From: Vitrella brassicaformis CCMP3155
Taxonomy: Eukaryota; Protista; Chromerida
Assembly: GCA_001179505.1 (NCBI GenBank)
Contig: CDMY01000571.1
Coordinates: forward strand, 62,001 to 126,000
Direction of reading: 5' to 3'
Length of the DNA stretch: 64,000 nt
Position numbers and translations under genes: made by a program. Below the pieces are notes generated by a model that was not told the origin of the DNA, made no database searches, and worked only from the letters and a program-made list of their open reading frames with translations. Of the stretch, positions 13,540-25,010 are shown piece by piece. Position 1 is the first letter of the stretch. The number at the start of each line of letters is the position of its first letter.

Positions 13540-15976
13540 TTTTGAAGATGCCTTTGCGCTGGCCGCAGCGTCCGCGCCCCTCTCCTCATCGTCATCGTCC
13601 GCGGAACTACGCCGGCCACAGGTACACATATGAGATGAATTATCCGTGTCCATTTGTGTCTGACAGTGTTTCATTCACTCTTTTCGATTGTAAGGAGACA
13701 CCAGGATTGGTGCCATTATCCTGTCGGGTGTCTCGTCGCTAACAAGAGGGCACTCGGGTGTGGATGGTGACGGATAAAAGGCCACAGGGTGAGCAGAAGT
13801 GGGTGACGGCCGAGGTGTATCGCACTGAGGAGACCGATGGCGGGGTGAGTGCACATCAAAGAGGTCGGCGGCTGTGAGGAGTTCCATGTATTGGTGCCGC
13901 ACGAGCCGGAGACATCACCGCATACCCAACAACAGGTACACGTCGGTGCATCCAGTGCTATACCTTGCGTCTTTCTTGTGTGTGTGTGTGTGTGTGTGTG
14001 TGTTCAGGGTTCTTCCACCGGCGGGCCGCGTGCTGATCATGGTGGTAGCTCTCGTGATCTTCTACAGAAGATTCAGCTGGTGAGCCGGGAAAAGATCTCC
14101 GCATATGCAGCAGAAGTGATGTTGCCGGGCTTGTGTCTTGTTTGCAGATTGCTTCTCAGATTGCCTTTGACGCGGAGAGGGCCCAGCACATGATAGCCCC
14201 AAATACCAACAACAATACATCGGTCCGCACAGACATCATGCAGTCAAGGTGGAGCACTGATTATTCATCTCTCTGTCGTGGCAGGATCCTCAATTTCTGG
14301 CCGGCAACCTGTCTACCATTCTGGGCACTCTCACTGACGCCCACTCGGCCCTCAGCAACCACTACAAGAACATACACATAAGGATTTCGGGACGCCACGC
14401 AGTGGCTTCTACATCTCTACATCTCTCATGACGCTCAGGTGCCTCCTGGTGTCGGCTGCAAGCATAAACACGTGGCCACCTCCGCGCCGGCTGCTGCTGC
14501 TGCTGGTGCTGCTGGTGCTGGTGCTGATGCTGGTGCAGGTAGAGGAGGTATCATGAACCGAGACACACACGTGCACGCTAAAAAATTGCGGACATCTTGG
14601 TGGCCATGTTGTGTTGTGTGCTCCGTTTAGGTGCTTCGCGTGTCTTCAGGTCGTTCGATGTGCCTGGTGCTGAAACGTCCACGCTTCAGCATTACCGGCA
14701 GACGGTATACAGCCGGGCAAGACACGAACCGGCCCTCTATTGGTTTCCTTTGCGCTTCAGGCCCGCAAGCAGTCTCCTGTGTTTAGTGTGCCGAAGGAGG
14801 TCGAAGAGGAGGTCCTGTTTCCCCTACTTTGGGGCGGTTTGGCCATCAGCCTCGCCAGCCTCCGCAGCAGCTGCCGCCTCGGTCGACAGCGGGTCTCAGC
14901 AGACTCACTCAGATTCCAAATTGACGCGCAGTTGACCACCAAGTACATTGACCACATCATTATCTATGATCTCAACTCGGTCAGCCTCCTGCTGCGGCTC
15001 CTCTACATCATTGAAAACAGCGGCGAGTGGGTGGGGTGGGAACCAATCATGAGGGTGGCGATGCATCAGGGGCGGGGGCCGGGGCGGTTGCCCATAGAGC
15101 TGGGCAGTGCTGCTATGGAGGGTGTCGACAGTCGACAGGTCTTCGACGGGCGGTGCGAGGCGCTTCGTCAGCTCTCACTCATCTGCCGCCACCTCAACAG
15201 CCCTGGCCGCCGCAACGACATGAGGCTGCAGCGAGTCAACAACGAGGAGCGGCTGGGCAGATGTCCGTTGTACATCAACACGCTGCAGTCCCTGCCTCCG
15301 AACTGTCCCTTCCGCGATGAATTCGACCAGAACAACCCCGTGTGTGAGCATCCCGGTGAGGAGTGGAGGGTGACAGAGGGAGAGCTGTGGGCGCTGTGTC
15401 CTTTGCAGATGACTATTGCGCTTCGATTCAAGACGCTGTGCTGTTCGAGTAGACAGATGGGCAGAACAGAGACACATTCTTGTTAACACTCTGGTATGAC
15501 TTGTTTGGTCAGGATGGATGGACCGGTGTTCCATGTGCCAGAATTCCAGCCCCGCGCAATGCCATCGGTCAGAGACAGAGAGACCGACACACATAGATAC
15601 ACACATACAGACGGACGGACGGACGGACAGACAGACAGCCATGTTCCTTCAGATCATGGACCTCGTCAAGCAGCAGCCGCCACTGTGGAACAGCTGCTAC
15701 ACTGTTGCCACGCGCCAATCGCCAGAAGGCTACCTCCGGCGCGTCGTTATTGTATTGACAGGGGATCAGCCTCAGGACACATTCGAGGTCCACCTGTATA
15801 TCAACAGCAAGTTCCCCCCCCTGGGCCTGTCGGCTGCTCGCACAAAGTTGTGCACGACGGAGCGCCCCGTGACTGGCAAGCAGGGTGCGGCGGCGTTCCC
15901 GCTGACAGTGAGGGTGGTGCGCGAAGTGATGGGGGCCGACGCGGAGGGGGCGTTCGACCATCAGCCGGCTTTGTAG
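13540..15976 (+). pseudogene. Tandem unit A: disrupted F-box-like lineage-specific gene
   Basis: Paralogous to 16843-18937 (GTRVWMVTDKRP.GEQKWVTAEVYRTEETDGGV; VP.EV..EVLFPLL; FPLTV.V.REVMGADA). In-frame TAA at 13740-13742, TAG at 15450-15452, and frameshifts. Confidence 0.7.
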
Positions 15977-16197
15977 ACAACTCGTGGCCACCTGCAACCG
16001 TGGCCGTGGACAAATTGACTCGCCTCTGTCTGTTTGCCCTAGTAATACCACCGATGGCAGGCAGCCATACGCGGAAGACCGGCGGACATATGTGTGTTGT
16101 CATAGCATGTTGCGACCTCGAATGTGGAGACAGTAATGGAGCACGAAAACAGTCATCCTCAACATGCGGATGTGTGTCTCGCGTGCGAGACACCCTC

Positions 16198-16214
16198 AGA
16201 GAGAGAGAGAGAGT

Positions 16215-16246
<32 letters not shown>
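16198..16246. repeat. (GA)n microsatellite between units A and B
   Basis: Interrupted GA dinucleotide run is directly visible. Confidence 0.9.
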
Positions 16247-16249
<3 letters not shown>

Positions 16250-16753
16250 CGATCTGATCAACGGCCGGCATCCGACCGACACACACACACAGAGCGTGTA
16301 TGGAGGTATGGTCGTTCCACTCGTTCGTCTCGACGGTCTCGCTGTCTGTATATGCATTTGCTCGCGGCGATGGTGGGTGTAGCATTGTCTGTCTCGGGAT
16401 GTCTGCAGCATCAAATCATCTCAAATCATGCGTCGAGCCGAGCTTGATCATGAATGAGCATTTTTGTTTCATGATTGGTCACGTATGTCTTGTCGCCATA
16501 CAGAGCAGGAAATCAGGACACAAACGAAATACAGTAGATGACGGAAGATCCTTCTTGCCACATTTCTGATCTTCCGTGGCAGGAAGGAAGAGAGACCGAG
16601 GCTGCGAGCTGAGTTGCCCCAGTCTCAGGTCGACCGAGGCTCGAGCATGGCTCATAGAGTCAGAATGAGAGGAATCATAGGAAGAAGGTGAGCAAGATCC
16701 CACATGAGTACGATCACACATTCGCCCATTCGTACACATGTTCGTTTCATCCA

Positions 16754-16808
16754 TCAGCCTTGAGACTGGGGGCTTAGAGACTCGGCCCCCAGTCTCAAAG
16801 GGCTGAGC
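16754..16808. other. Inverted repeat / hairpin upstream of unit B
   Basis: Perfect 14-bp arms TTGAGACTGGGGGC (16760-16773) and GCCCCCAGTCTCAA (16785-16798) with an 11-nt loop. Extends imperfectly to ~20 bp. Confidence 0.8.
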
Positions 16809-16842
16809 GGCCGGCCTGAGGATAAACTCCAGTGAAAGAGGT

Positions 16843-18937
16843 ATGGCAGCTTCATCACCGTCGCCTGCTGCTGGCAGTGCAGACTTGCGCCGACCACAGG
16901 TGCGTGTACGTATCGCGTGCGTCTCTCATTATGATCCTCAAGCTTATTCTTCGTTGGGTCATTCGCATTTTCTGCAGCGGTCGAGCGCCGACGAAGAGGA
17001 CAAGATGGACACGACGACGGCGCTAACAACGACGAGTGGAGAGACTTGTCCGCTCGGTGTTGAAACGGTCCCTCACATCAGCAACGACGAGGACCGCATC
17101 AGCGACGACATGGAATGCGTGCGGAGCGACTTGCGTCGATTTTTGTGTCAATGGAATGACCAATTCCTCTACGGGTGCGTTCAGATGTCGCCGCCATTAT
17201 TCTTCCATGCGGCTCGTCGGTACCAAGAGGGCACTCGTGTGTGGATGGTGACGGATAAGAGGCCACCGGGCGAACAGAAGTGGGTGACGGCCGAGGTGTA
17301 TCGCACTGAGGAGACCGATGGCGGGGTGAGACTTTTCATGAGGGAGGTGGACGGCCGCCATGAGAAGTTCGAGGCGCTGGTGCCTTACCAGGCCGATCTA
17401 TCGCTGCATGACCAGCGGGTACATATGGAGACATCCCTGCATTCACACAGCCATTCACTGAATTATCCCTTGTGTATGTGATGCTTTGTGTGTGTAGGAG
17501 CATGAGAGCTTCAGATTCGTCTGCAAGGCGCCTGTCAAGAGGCCCCGGCTGCCATCGTGCTTTCCGTCGTGTATGTCTGCACCTTTTCCGGCCCCTTCTA
17601 CTTCCTTGGCAAGCGCGGCGTTGGCTCCAGGGTGACGGCTCCAGGGTACACACAGCACAGCCACACGGAAGACACACAAAAACAAAGTGCCTTCTCCTAC
17701 CTTCTCTCTTTTGTTGTCATTTCGGTTCAGGCCGGCTGGCAGCATCCTCTCTTCAACGTGCCGCAGGATGTCCAGAGAGAGGTCCTCTTCCCTCTGCTCG
17801 GCGATGACCTGGCCATCAGCCTCGCTCACCTCCGCCGCACATGCCGTCTTGGCAATCAGCGGGTCTCAGCCGACATCTCATCGATCATCGACCACCAGCT
17901 CATCGACAAGGGCATCCAGCGCATCATCAGCTACGACCTGACAGCTACCAACCTACTGCTGCGGCTGCTATGCTTTATCGACAACGGCAGCGACTGGGCG
18001 GTTTGGGGGCCTATCATTAATGTGGCCAAGCATCACGGGCGGGTGAGGGACCTGCCGATGACCGTGACCAGCAATGATGTGGAGGGTGTGGGCAGCCGGA
18101 GGCTCTTTGACAGCCGAATCGAGGCCCTTCGACAGCTGTCCCTCATCGGTCGGCACCTCTACCAATCGGACAACAGCAGCCTGAGGGTGGAGCGCATCGA
18201 CAATGAGGAGCGCTTGAGTGGACGGCCCCTCCCTATCCGCGCAGTGCGGACGTTGGGTGAGGCCAAGGGAATAAACGGGGGCGCCCACCGGGCGGCTGGA
18301 GTGGTCGTGTGTGTGATTGTGCCCCTGCATGTGTGTTTTCTGATAGATTTCGAGTATGCTTCGGTCCACGACGCTGTGCTCCACAGGTACAAGAAAGGAC
18401 GAGTGAAATACACAGACTCGCACAGATACACAGCTGTGTGGGTCTGACCAGGACGTGTCACGGAGGTCCAGGAATGTCGATGGTCGCCTCCAAGTCATCA
18501 CACGATTTCAGAAATGTCCGACACTACACTCGTATGGTCAGTCAGCCAGCCACCATTATAATATTCACCCGCGGGTTGCCCCACCCTCTTTCTCTCCATC
18601 TCCCTCTCCCTCTCCCTCTCCTCTCTCTCAGTGGGTGCTCGCCACGCAGCCGCCGCCCATATGGAATCGGCACACGGTCAGCACGGGCAGCCATACGGCA
18701 TTTGGCTACTCTCACCGTATGATTGTGCTGCACGGCGACCAGCCCGACGACCACTTCGAGGCGCACATCATCGTCCACCGATACGACAGCTACACTAGCG
18801 CCACCCTTTTCAGCACCGAGCGTCCAGTGGAGGGCAGGGAGGGGGCCGCCAGGTTCCCGCTGACGGTGCAAGTGGCGCGGGAGGTGATGGGGGCCGATGC
18901 TCAAGTGGTGTTTGGCAATCAGCTAGCTGTGTTTTGA
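16843..18937 (+). CDS. Tandem unit B: F-box-like lineage-specific gene, possibly disrupted
   Basis: Multi-exon paralog of unit A containing LFNVPQDVQREVLFPLLGDDLAISLAHLRRTCR. A TGA at 18445-18447 falls in the expected frame, so intactness is uncertain. Confidence 0.6.
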
Positions 18938-20884
18938 TGAACACGGGGTGGCATGAGGATGTCTGTGATGACTGACAGGTGTGTGTGAGGGGAGCGAGCA
19001 TGTCTGGATGGATGCTAGACTGACTGCATCTCTGTGGCGTTTTGTCCGTCAATGAATGCGATGACACGAAAGCCCATCCACACCATACACGAGCACCTAA
19101 GTGCACCCACGATCAATGGTACATGGACATCGACCGACAGAGACACGACTAGCAAATACAAAATGTAGGCAACGATGCCTGTCAGCCCCTCCTCTGCACC
19201 TCGCTCATCACTCACATAAAGTCACGCAGGAGCGTAATCGACCAGTCAGTCAACCAATGCCATGCGGTCACTGCCGTGTGTTTCTTAGGGCGGGGGACTT
19301 GGCCGAATCGATGACTGCACATGGTTAGCCAGCCGAACATAGTCATGACGTCCGCACCAGACGAGCACCAGGCAGTGCGGGAGTAGTGAAACGGTCGGAC
19401 AGATATGAAATGTGGACAGCGATGGAGGAGAGCTGCACAAACACACAGGACAAAACAAAGCCGCGTGGGCAAACAATCAACTGAGGACTCGGCGACCCTT
19501 TGTTTTTCTCACCTTTTCTCCGCCTTCAGTCACTTGTTCTGTCAGTCGGCCTTCCCCTCCTTTCTCCTCTCGTCCGTATGCTTGGCTGGCTGCTCTGCAT
19601 CAATCATTTCTCTCTGCCTCACTTGAGTCTTCTCCCCACCTCTCCTCACTGAGCTGATGTGTTGTGTCGGATTGCCCCTACTGATCGACAGTGCCGTGCG
19701 CCACCGATGACCGGCAAACACCCGCGGCGACCCTCTCACACCGAAGGAAATACGCTTTAGGGCCGACTTTGGGTGCGCAGCGACACGCAAGACATCACTC
19801 AGTGGGGAGAGGGGCTGCAGCCCCGCCCCCTCCCACAACGATCTGATCCCCACGCAGTGGGGCTGCCGGGCAGCAGCAGCACAAGAGAGTGGCAATGGCC
19901 TCCCAGATTGTAGGCTGCCTCTTTGCCTGCGACACACATGAGACACATCGATGGTCAGATGAAGACTGAGAGCTTGGCTTTCCCTACCGCCGCCTCAGCC
20001 GCCGCCTCGGCCCGCCTCGCCCTCTCCGTGGCCTCCTTTTTCTTGTGCCGTGCTGCCAAACGCGTCAAGAAGGCCATCATGAAGGTGCACAAAGCGCTGA
20101 GAAGGAAGGCGATGCCTTAGGCTCCCGCCCCGGCCGGACGACTTGCGCCGAGAGGACGTGCGCCGAGACTTATTCGTTCTCTCCTCGATCAGAGCCCACC
20201 TGTCGGCAAAGGCACTTCCTCAACATTACTCAATTCTGAGTCTTTCTTCTGTGTCACCAAACTCACATATTGGTCCGGTAGGTGTCGACGAGGGCGTTTT
20301 TGACAACGTCCTTGTTTTCGATGGCCGTCTGGAGGTCTGCTATCCTGCTTTTGAGGGCCTGCACATGAACGATGCATTCCTTTTCGCTAGTACTTGCGTG
20401 GTCTGGTCTTCCATGGCCTCCTCCTGACTGCCCTCACTGATGGCCTCCCGGCCCCCCAGCGAGTCGGTCTTGTAGGCCCTGTGTGCCTTGATGGGGTTGT
20501 GTGATTGCATGATCAAGGCCACCTCGGACTTGTGCGCCCTTTCGGCCACTCTGTTGGACGGCATTGCCTGCATTGCAAACAGGCACAGAGGAGACAGAGA
20601 CGGCAGGTCTGAGTGTCCACTGCAATGCCTCTCGGCCCGGCTCACCTGTCACCCATCCATCTCACCTTCATTCTGAGCTCATCTCTGACGATCTGGTGAC
20701 GTACCCTTTCGCCAACTCCTCCCGACGCTTCGCCATCCAAGCAGGCTCTGCGTTGCTGCTCATCGGACTCATCTTTCAGCAGCATAGCCATCGAACAAGT
20801 TGGCGAAAAAGCCTGACTTCTCCGGCTAAGGGCACGACACACAGACACACAGACACACAGACAGAGACACAGACAGACAGACAG

Positions 20885-21150
20885 ACAGACAGACATCGGG
20901 TGTGGGCGTCTGCGTGAATGAGATTGAAGTGCCTACCAGGCTGGCACCCTCTTCTCTGACCAGTCCACCGTCTTCCTCCCGTAGTGGTCGGTGCAGACCG
21001 ATACTTGCGTCGGCGGCTCGTGGCGCTCCACATGCACAACACGCCAGCCCCCCTTGCCGTCGGGCACCTTGGTGCGCGTCTCGACATGGAAGCCGACTGT
21101 TGGCGGGGTCGACGGACAGAAGCAGGTGGGCTTGCAGTGCTTGGCCATAG
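20885..21150 (-). pseudogene. Partial duplicate of the adjacent kinase pseudogene
   Basis: VVHVERHEPPTQVSVCTDHYGRKTVDWS matches 22240-22350. The flank GACAGACATCGGGTGTGGGCGTCTGCGTG is shared with ~21340-21375. Confidence 0.7.
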
Positions 21151-21349
21151 CAGGAGGGGCAAAGTGGGCGTAGGGGAGGGGGTGGGGGCCGACAAATGGC
21201 TGAGGGGGTGGGGGTGGTGGGGAGAATGGCTGAGGGGGAGGGGGGAGGCAGCTACAGCACTCTCAGCCTCCTCTCTCTCTCATGCAGCCACCAGTGCGAC
21301 GCCGCCTCGCCGGCTGTTTGTTTGCGCACAGACAGACAGAGAGACAGAC

Positions 21350-22515
21350 ATCGGGTGTGGGCGTCTGCGTGGATGCGATTGAACTGCCTACCAGGTGGTC
21401 TGTGGACAGGATCGTAATCCATGAGCTCCTTGGTGAGTTTGACAGCGCCCTCCCATTTCCTGTCAACTTCCGCAAAAGTGGGGGGGTGCTGAAAAGAAAA
21501 AGAAGGAGCGAATTCACGTATGAGCGTGTGGGCTTGGGCCCGTCCCCCTCCCGTGCGTGTGTGTGTGCGCTGTTGATGTGGTGGTGGCGCTCTTCCCTGT
21601 CCGTGATGCCCTTCAATTCAGGGAAAGGAAGGTCCTTATAGAGCAAAGCTTGCCTGCACACACAACAACAACAGCAACAGCAATTCCACCCACACGATGT
21701 CGGTCAAGTGCAGGTGTCCTTTGTACAACATGACCCCAACTGCCCATAGATCGGTCTCCGCTGTGTAGCCGGTCAAGTGCTCCTCGGGCGCCTGCTCACA
21801 CCACACAGAGCAGCACACATAGGAGTTTTCCCTCTCCCCCCGCCCCACTTGCCTCTTGCATGCATCACACTTACAGTGTATTCGCGCGTGCCGCCGCGGT
21901 CCTGATTGCCTGCGATGCGCCATGCCTTGAGGGCCCTCTCTGTGGCACACAGCTGGTAGTCGACCAGCTTGAGGCATGTTCCATCGAACAGGCAGTTGTC
22001 GGCCTTTATGTCGGCATGAACCAGCTGAGTGAGTGGAGAAGGGACACACCCGGCCACACATCAAATGAATGGCTTTGGCCAGTGAATACCCACCTTGCTG
22101 GCATGCATCCGATTGACAGGGAGCAGCAACTGCATGACGATGGACCGGCGGGCGTCGAGGCTGAGGCCGCCCTCCGCCCACCACTCAGGCAGGGGCACGC
22201 CGTGGCACCTCTCCATCACGACATACACGCATTCTGGCATCCTCTTGTCGCGTGGCTTTGCGGACCAGTCCACCGTCTTGCTCCCGTGGTGGTCGGTGTG
22301 GACCGATACTCGCGTTGGCGGCTCGTGGCGCTCCATATGCACGACGCACCTTCGTGCGCGTCTTGAGATGGAATCGCCCACGTCTCGCGAAAGACGTCGA
22401 TTATCTTCGCGAGTTTGGGATGGTCCGTGACGTTGAGAAGATAGGCGTGTGCCTCCGACATCTGGTGACTGTGAATGACAGACAGCACAAGCGAAAGAGC
22501 ACGCAATGCCTGCAC
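21350..22515 (-). pseudogene. Ser/Thr protein kinase remnant
   Basis: HPKLAKIIDVF, YVVMERC, HADIKADN, LKLVDYQL, GTREYT/APE, DLWAVGVMLY and LMDYDPVHRP are present. Frameshift near 22370. No Gly-rich loop or VAIK lysine found. Confidence 0.8.
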
Positions 22516-22729
22516 AGCATCGCGGCCACCATCTAGCTCTCACGTCCACCGCCCGATGGCCTTCAGCCCGTCCTGATGTCCACGGTCTCGTGGACGCTTG
22601 AGCTAATTGCAAGGCTGAAAGTACGCAGGTCGGATGAGCCGAAAGGTCCCCAAGCAGATATAAAAAGTAGACAGCGATGATGAGGGCTGCGGCACGACAG
22701 TCAACTCATCCAAGGCACCTCGCGGGAGG

Positions 22730-23830
22730 ATTTGTGTGTGAAGGTGCTACCGTGTTGCTTTGGGTGCCCCTGTCGGCGGCAGATTCCTGAGGCGGCTACA
22801 AGCGCACAACAAGAGACACCAGCAGACAGACGGATCAGGGCACGGCACGGCACTCAAGCTTTGGGGGGAGGGCAGTGTTCTGTATATGCGTACCTTCTGA
22901 ATCTGAGTGGTCTTGTCGTTCTTCTCCTTGGTGTCGGCCTGCCTTTTTCTGTGGGCAAAGGAAATTGGCAGGTGTGTGTGCATGATGTCTCATGGATGTG
23001 TGTCCGTGTACTTGGCGGCCCCGTGCTGCTCCAGCTTCTGGTCGGGCAGGGAACAGGGAGGGAGACATGAGTGGGAGAGATATGCGACTCATTAATCGGG
23101 CCTCACCTTGTGGATGCCGTCCATTCGTTTGGTGACCTCCTTCAGGCCGCTTGTCATGCTCACCTGCGGGAAGGCAAGGCTAGATGGGTCCCCCACCTAA
23201 TTATGGTGATGTCTCCCTGTCTCCCTCCTCGATACCCACCCTCAGGCCGCTTCCCACGGGGGTGGTGTCCTCTTTCTTGGCCCCAGGAGGACGGCGCTTG
23301 ACGGCACCACCACCACCGGCAGCAGCGGCAGCAGCGGCAGCGGGCTCCGCATCCTGTCGGACAGTCGGCACGCAGCCGTGCAAGACTCAGGGTGATACAC
23401 ATCCACACAAGAGTCTCTTCCCCATTTCCTTGGTGGTCACCATCTCCGTCTCGTACAGTTCCTCGTCCATATTCAACCAACCTGTGGCGCCGCCAGCAGC
23501 GGCAGCGGCAGCGGCAGGCTCCTCAAAGAGGGTCTGCACCACACACACGGAGACTCAGCAAGGACCCAGGGGGTCTATCAGGTTCTGTCTCTCTCCCACA
23601 GGCAACATAGTCCCTCGGCCGTTGAATGTCCCTCGGCTCTCCCTCTCCCTGCCCCCTCGGGCCCTCCCCTCCCGCCGACGTCCCAGGCTCTCGTCAGCGC
23701 GGCGGCACCTTTCGAGGTACGCCTGGATCTCCCTGGGGGACGTCGGCGGCGAGGGGTTGGGGTACCCCCCATTCCATTTCCACGCGGCCGGCTCGCTGCT
23801 CACACACAGACACACAAGACAGACACGGCG
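22730..23830 (+). repeat. ~1.1 kb dispersed repeat, inverted relative to 40340-41450
   Basis: Shared tracts include CTTCTGGTCGGGCAGGGAACAGGGA, GCAAGACTCAGGGTGATACACATCCACACA and GGAGACTCAGCAAGGACCCAGGG, found as reverse complements near 40.6-41.05 kb. Confidence 0.85.
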
Positions 23831-24809
23831 AGACAGCCTGACAGACAGCTGGCACAGCCTTCTCCCTCTCTCCCTTATGTGGCCTTTGGTCGGAGGGCAA
23901 GGCTCTGCATCATGATCTGCACCGTCGGCAAGCAGCGCAAAGGCCAGCGGTTCGACCGGAATTCGATCTCTTTTCCCTCACACCACACAAGACAAACCTC
24001 TCCCGTCTTTCAGGGCTTGTGGTTTTGGGTATCCTCCTTCTTACCGGCGTCTCTGTCGCCTGGCTGCGCTCATAGAGCGCAATATCGTCGAGGGGCGGAT
24101 GCCGCTCGACCTTCTCCTGCAACTCTGCTGGCCACTCAAAATGCGTCACCTGCTGTTGGTCTGATAGCCAGGGGATCTCGAGGAGGTCATCCACCAGGCA
24201 GTGCAGAACGGGAAGAAGATGAGAAAAGGCCAGGCAGATATAAAATGTAGACGGCGATGAGGGCTGCAAGGCCAACTTGTTGAACCGACTGCGCACACAT
24301 ACAGATACACACACACACCACAGTGTTAAGCTGTGCCATTGATGCGCCCCAACCACCCCTCCCTCTGTGGTCGCTTACGTGTTGGCCTGCTTGATGACTC
24401 CCCGGCCCATTCATTCACGCAGTCATGGTTGTGTCCTCTCTTGGTGTGCACCTGGCTGGTCTGCTGGCCTTGCCCATTTCGAGGAGGGAGCACCACACGG
24501 CAGGGCCGACATTCAGTGCGCAACGACACACACACATCACTCAGTGGGGAGAGGGGGGGAAGCCCTCAGCCCCGCCCATCCCCACAACGATCTCTGGCTC
24601 GTGCAGTGGAGTGGAGGCAGCAGCAGCAGGTGGTGAAGGCGGTCGTGATGCTAGTGTACAACTTGGCGAGCCAGCTGGGCTTCGGAGGCTGCAGGGACAC
24701 AACAGAGAGAGACATGTGATATGACACGATGCGCCAGCAAGCACAGGCAGCTCGCCAGAGGCCCAGTGTGTGTTTGTGTGTATACTGTGTCTGTTTGTGT
24801 GGATTTGTG

Positions 24810-25010
24810 CCGCAGGTTGGCAAGTTTCTCCAAGCCCTTCTGCCACGCTTCAGCCACCTCCCGCCTAAAGTGGGAGACAGGTGGGGTGTGGTGAAGTAGA
24901 GAGGGGAGGGCTTTGGTGTGCATGATGTTCCACCCACGGCTTGTCAGTGTACCTCCTTCTCTCATCAATGTAGTCGCGGTCGAACTTCTGCTCACACCGA
25001 CAGACAGACA
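24810..25010. repeat. Dispersed repeat with a second copy at 44730-44885
   Basis: Both copies contain GCATGATG(T/C)TCCAC..ACG.CTTGTCAGTGTACCT and read FDRD.IDERRRYTDK..VEHHA.Q on the minus strand. Confidence 0.8.

Noticed and set aside
13740-18447. Stop-codon readthrough, recoding or an alternative genetic code to explain in-frame stops
   Set aside because: All three stop types occur together with frameshifts and only in duplicated family members. Conserved genes translate cleanly in the standard code.
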